A stretch of DNA of 15,912 nucleotides from Paramicrosporidium saccamoebae KSL3 (lineage: Eukaryota; Fungi; Cryptomycota), in assembly GCA_002794465.1 (NCBI GenBank), contig MTSL01000041.1, forward strand, positions 157,479 to 173,390, read 5' to 3'. Numbering within the stretch: position 1 is the first letter of the stretch; the number at the start of each line of letters is the position of its first letter. Shown here piece after piece: positions 15,201-15,912 of the stretch. The notes beneath the pieces are model-generated. The model was not told where the DNA came from and made no database searches. It was given only the letters and a program-made list of their open reading frames with translations. The translations under genes were made by a program, and so were the position numbers.

Positions 15201-15785
15201 CGCACTGGTGCCGGAAAGAGCAGTCTCCTTGCCGCCATGGTCAATCTGACTCCCTACACTGGTCACATCAGTGTTGCTGGGGTGGATATTCGTCAGATTT
15301 CCAATCTACGCACCACAATGGTCAATGTTTTGCAGCAATCCGCACCATTCAGTCTATCGGTCCGTCAGAATTTGGATCCGCGTGGACAATATTCTGATGC
15401 GCAACTGTGGCATGTGCTTACTGATGTGGGATTGGCAGCGACGGTACGAAGTCTGCCTGAGGGACTGGAGGGTCGCTTTGAGACATCAACAGGACAGGGT
15501 CAGTTGTTATGTCTGGCCCGTGCATTGCTCATTGATCCGCCCATCTTATTGTTGGATGAAGCCACTGCCTCATTGGAATGCAATGTGGAGTATGCCCTGC
15601 ATGCCCACATTACTGCCTCGAAACGCACTGTAGTAACAGTCTCCCATCGACTGGACATTGCCCCTCTCTACTCACATGCGGTTGTCCTGGAAGACGGTCG
15701 CATTGTGGAGCATGGCGAAATTTCCAAGCTACTGGCTGATCCATCCACCCATTTCCATCGTCTCCGCCATGGGGTGATAGTGTAG
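12201..15785 (+). CDS. ABCC/MRP-family ABC transporter (short form without TMD0; TMD1-NBD1-TMD2-NBD2), ~1194 aa
   Basis: First ATG at 12201 (the track start is TTG). Lasso motif EYANVLSQWTYHWV. NBD1: GGTGSGKS, LSGGQRQRVALARA, LLLMDD. TMD2: PTGRLLNRLGPDLETLD. NBD2: GRTGAGKSS, ILLLDEATASL, VSHRL. Confidence 0.95.
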   Translation: MEDKTRRLPLEYANVLSQWTYHWVGAVMHAGVKLGMYTVPTSLTTYTNTRRFQEVWKKEICWTRLAIMFGGGLFWWSGVLALAVEILSNSSTRCMRNFIDTLKGTDESQRYFWAELLLVVSLGRRVALNRSMEVISTIAYMLRAGVMGTMYERLLVARRMWAVGSGFNRLTVDSTRLSALFLYVHLFWSHPLRILLAFHTAWVMQGVPALAGIAFVSGIICTLFWIARQMRIVRQQLALLADQRLQLTSEALTTLRMVKTLSLEEVFAQRIDSIRRVELRGIRWLNTLFALSASLNFWSPVFATTIVVVVATLQGEILQPGKVCAVARTFQALMVPLWMLPMMVNRLIATAVSVERIDEYLSVDTVEEAETTPNLILDHVDFSDSGQVLLRDIKLDLRSPGLIGVTGGTGSGKSAFLTGLAGLLDDTGPYRPPIELGYCPMPAWLKRDTVQENILFGRPLELEWYQVVLSACALTEELRDDQLVGENGVLLSGGQRQRVALARALYGRPHLLLMDDILSSLDPRISRHVFDACFSEKGILPNCVRLIVTNEQEYLCRCDKVLLVSDGQISELVKSTGSTEPTESTESTESTAPTKSTESTESTEPTVSTESTEPTEPNQSIELAEPIELMEPATIKDQNEVILKSTLRELTSTLVRAVGGIVPMGLLFLVVLCTDLSSLGRDIILHNRLQSADSSTLNFLLTVTIMGTLQGALTAFANLTAVFLCHRSSTRIHQEALQRILRARMEAVDGVPTGRLLNRLGPDLETLDYTFPEKLIACMGTLSSFLCTILAFWYFVPLLLLTLPITLLVAVLLQRRFARVWTELLRLSGAALAPLSALLAETAVGLPTLRIFNHTPHYLQRFMRFCDQYTLMAYLGIGVRRWIAFRCHLIAILYLAAIVVYCIVAKVDASTAGMLLMYAMRTGESIEWIVKQIAEMEHCLVAVERVSLYTRTLPCEEFGAEVVDGGDIVIDNLSVSYENVPVLRQISVTINNGCKMLVVGRTGAGKSSLLAAMVNLTPYTGHISVAGVDIRQISNLRTTMVNVLQQSAPFSLSVRQNLDPRGQYSDAQLWHVLTDVGLAATVRSLPEGLEGRFETSTGQGQLLCLARALLIDPPILLLDEATASLECNVEYALHAHITASKRTVVTVSHRLDIAPLYSHAVVLEDGRIVEHGEISKLLADPSTHFHRLRHGVIV
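13923..14093 (+). repeat. Coding 9-nt tandem repeat (TCTACCGAA/CCTACTGAA; STE/PTE), 14 clear and ~5 degenerate units, in the NBD1-TMD2 linker
   Basis: STG STE PTE STE STE STA PTK STE STE STE PTV STE STE PTE PNQ SIE LAE PIE LME. Confidence 0.96.
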
Positions 15786-15912
15786 ATCCAACGTTAATCA
15801 ATAATATTTGCTTGTCCATATAATTCAATTACCTCGGATGAGAGGATAACATGCTTGTAAAACTGGGTCATTAAAATGTCGCGTAGTGGGGGGGGGGAGG
15901 GGTAAATAGTGT

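Noticed and set aside
15888-15902. G-rich tract (G10-A-G4) at the window end
   Set aside because: It is a simple homopolymer and the downstream context is cut off. No function can be supported.

Overview
Gene-dense eukaryotic DNA with fungal-type genes, intergenic gaps of about 100-430 nt and very short introns. An early-diverging fungus or microsporidia relative (Rozellomycota-like) is my inference and cannot be confirmed from this window. Genes in order: Clr4/SUV39-type H3K9 methyltransferase (+), U1 snRNA (-, missed by the ORF track), 75-aa orphan ORF (+), Bfr1-like coiled-coil protein (-), PNRC/Edc1-motif protein (+), ethanolamine/choline kinase (-), RPB7 (-), Pumilio/Puf3 (+), PPR protein (+), two secreted Gln/Pro-rich repeat proteins (-), and an ABCC/MRP transporter (+). 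Six spliceosomal introns of only 31-35 nt can be reconstructed. The most unusual signal is repeated tandem duplication of gene boundaries. At three of four convergent junctions, the last 48-72 coding nt plus the stop are copied downstream as decaying ghost tails, and those three junctions are all 244-257 nt wide. One start codon has likewise been copied upstream, with ATG replaced by ATA. No CRISPR array, tRNA, rRNA or transposon was recognised.
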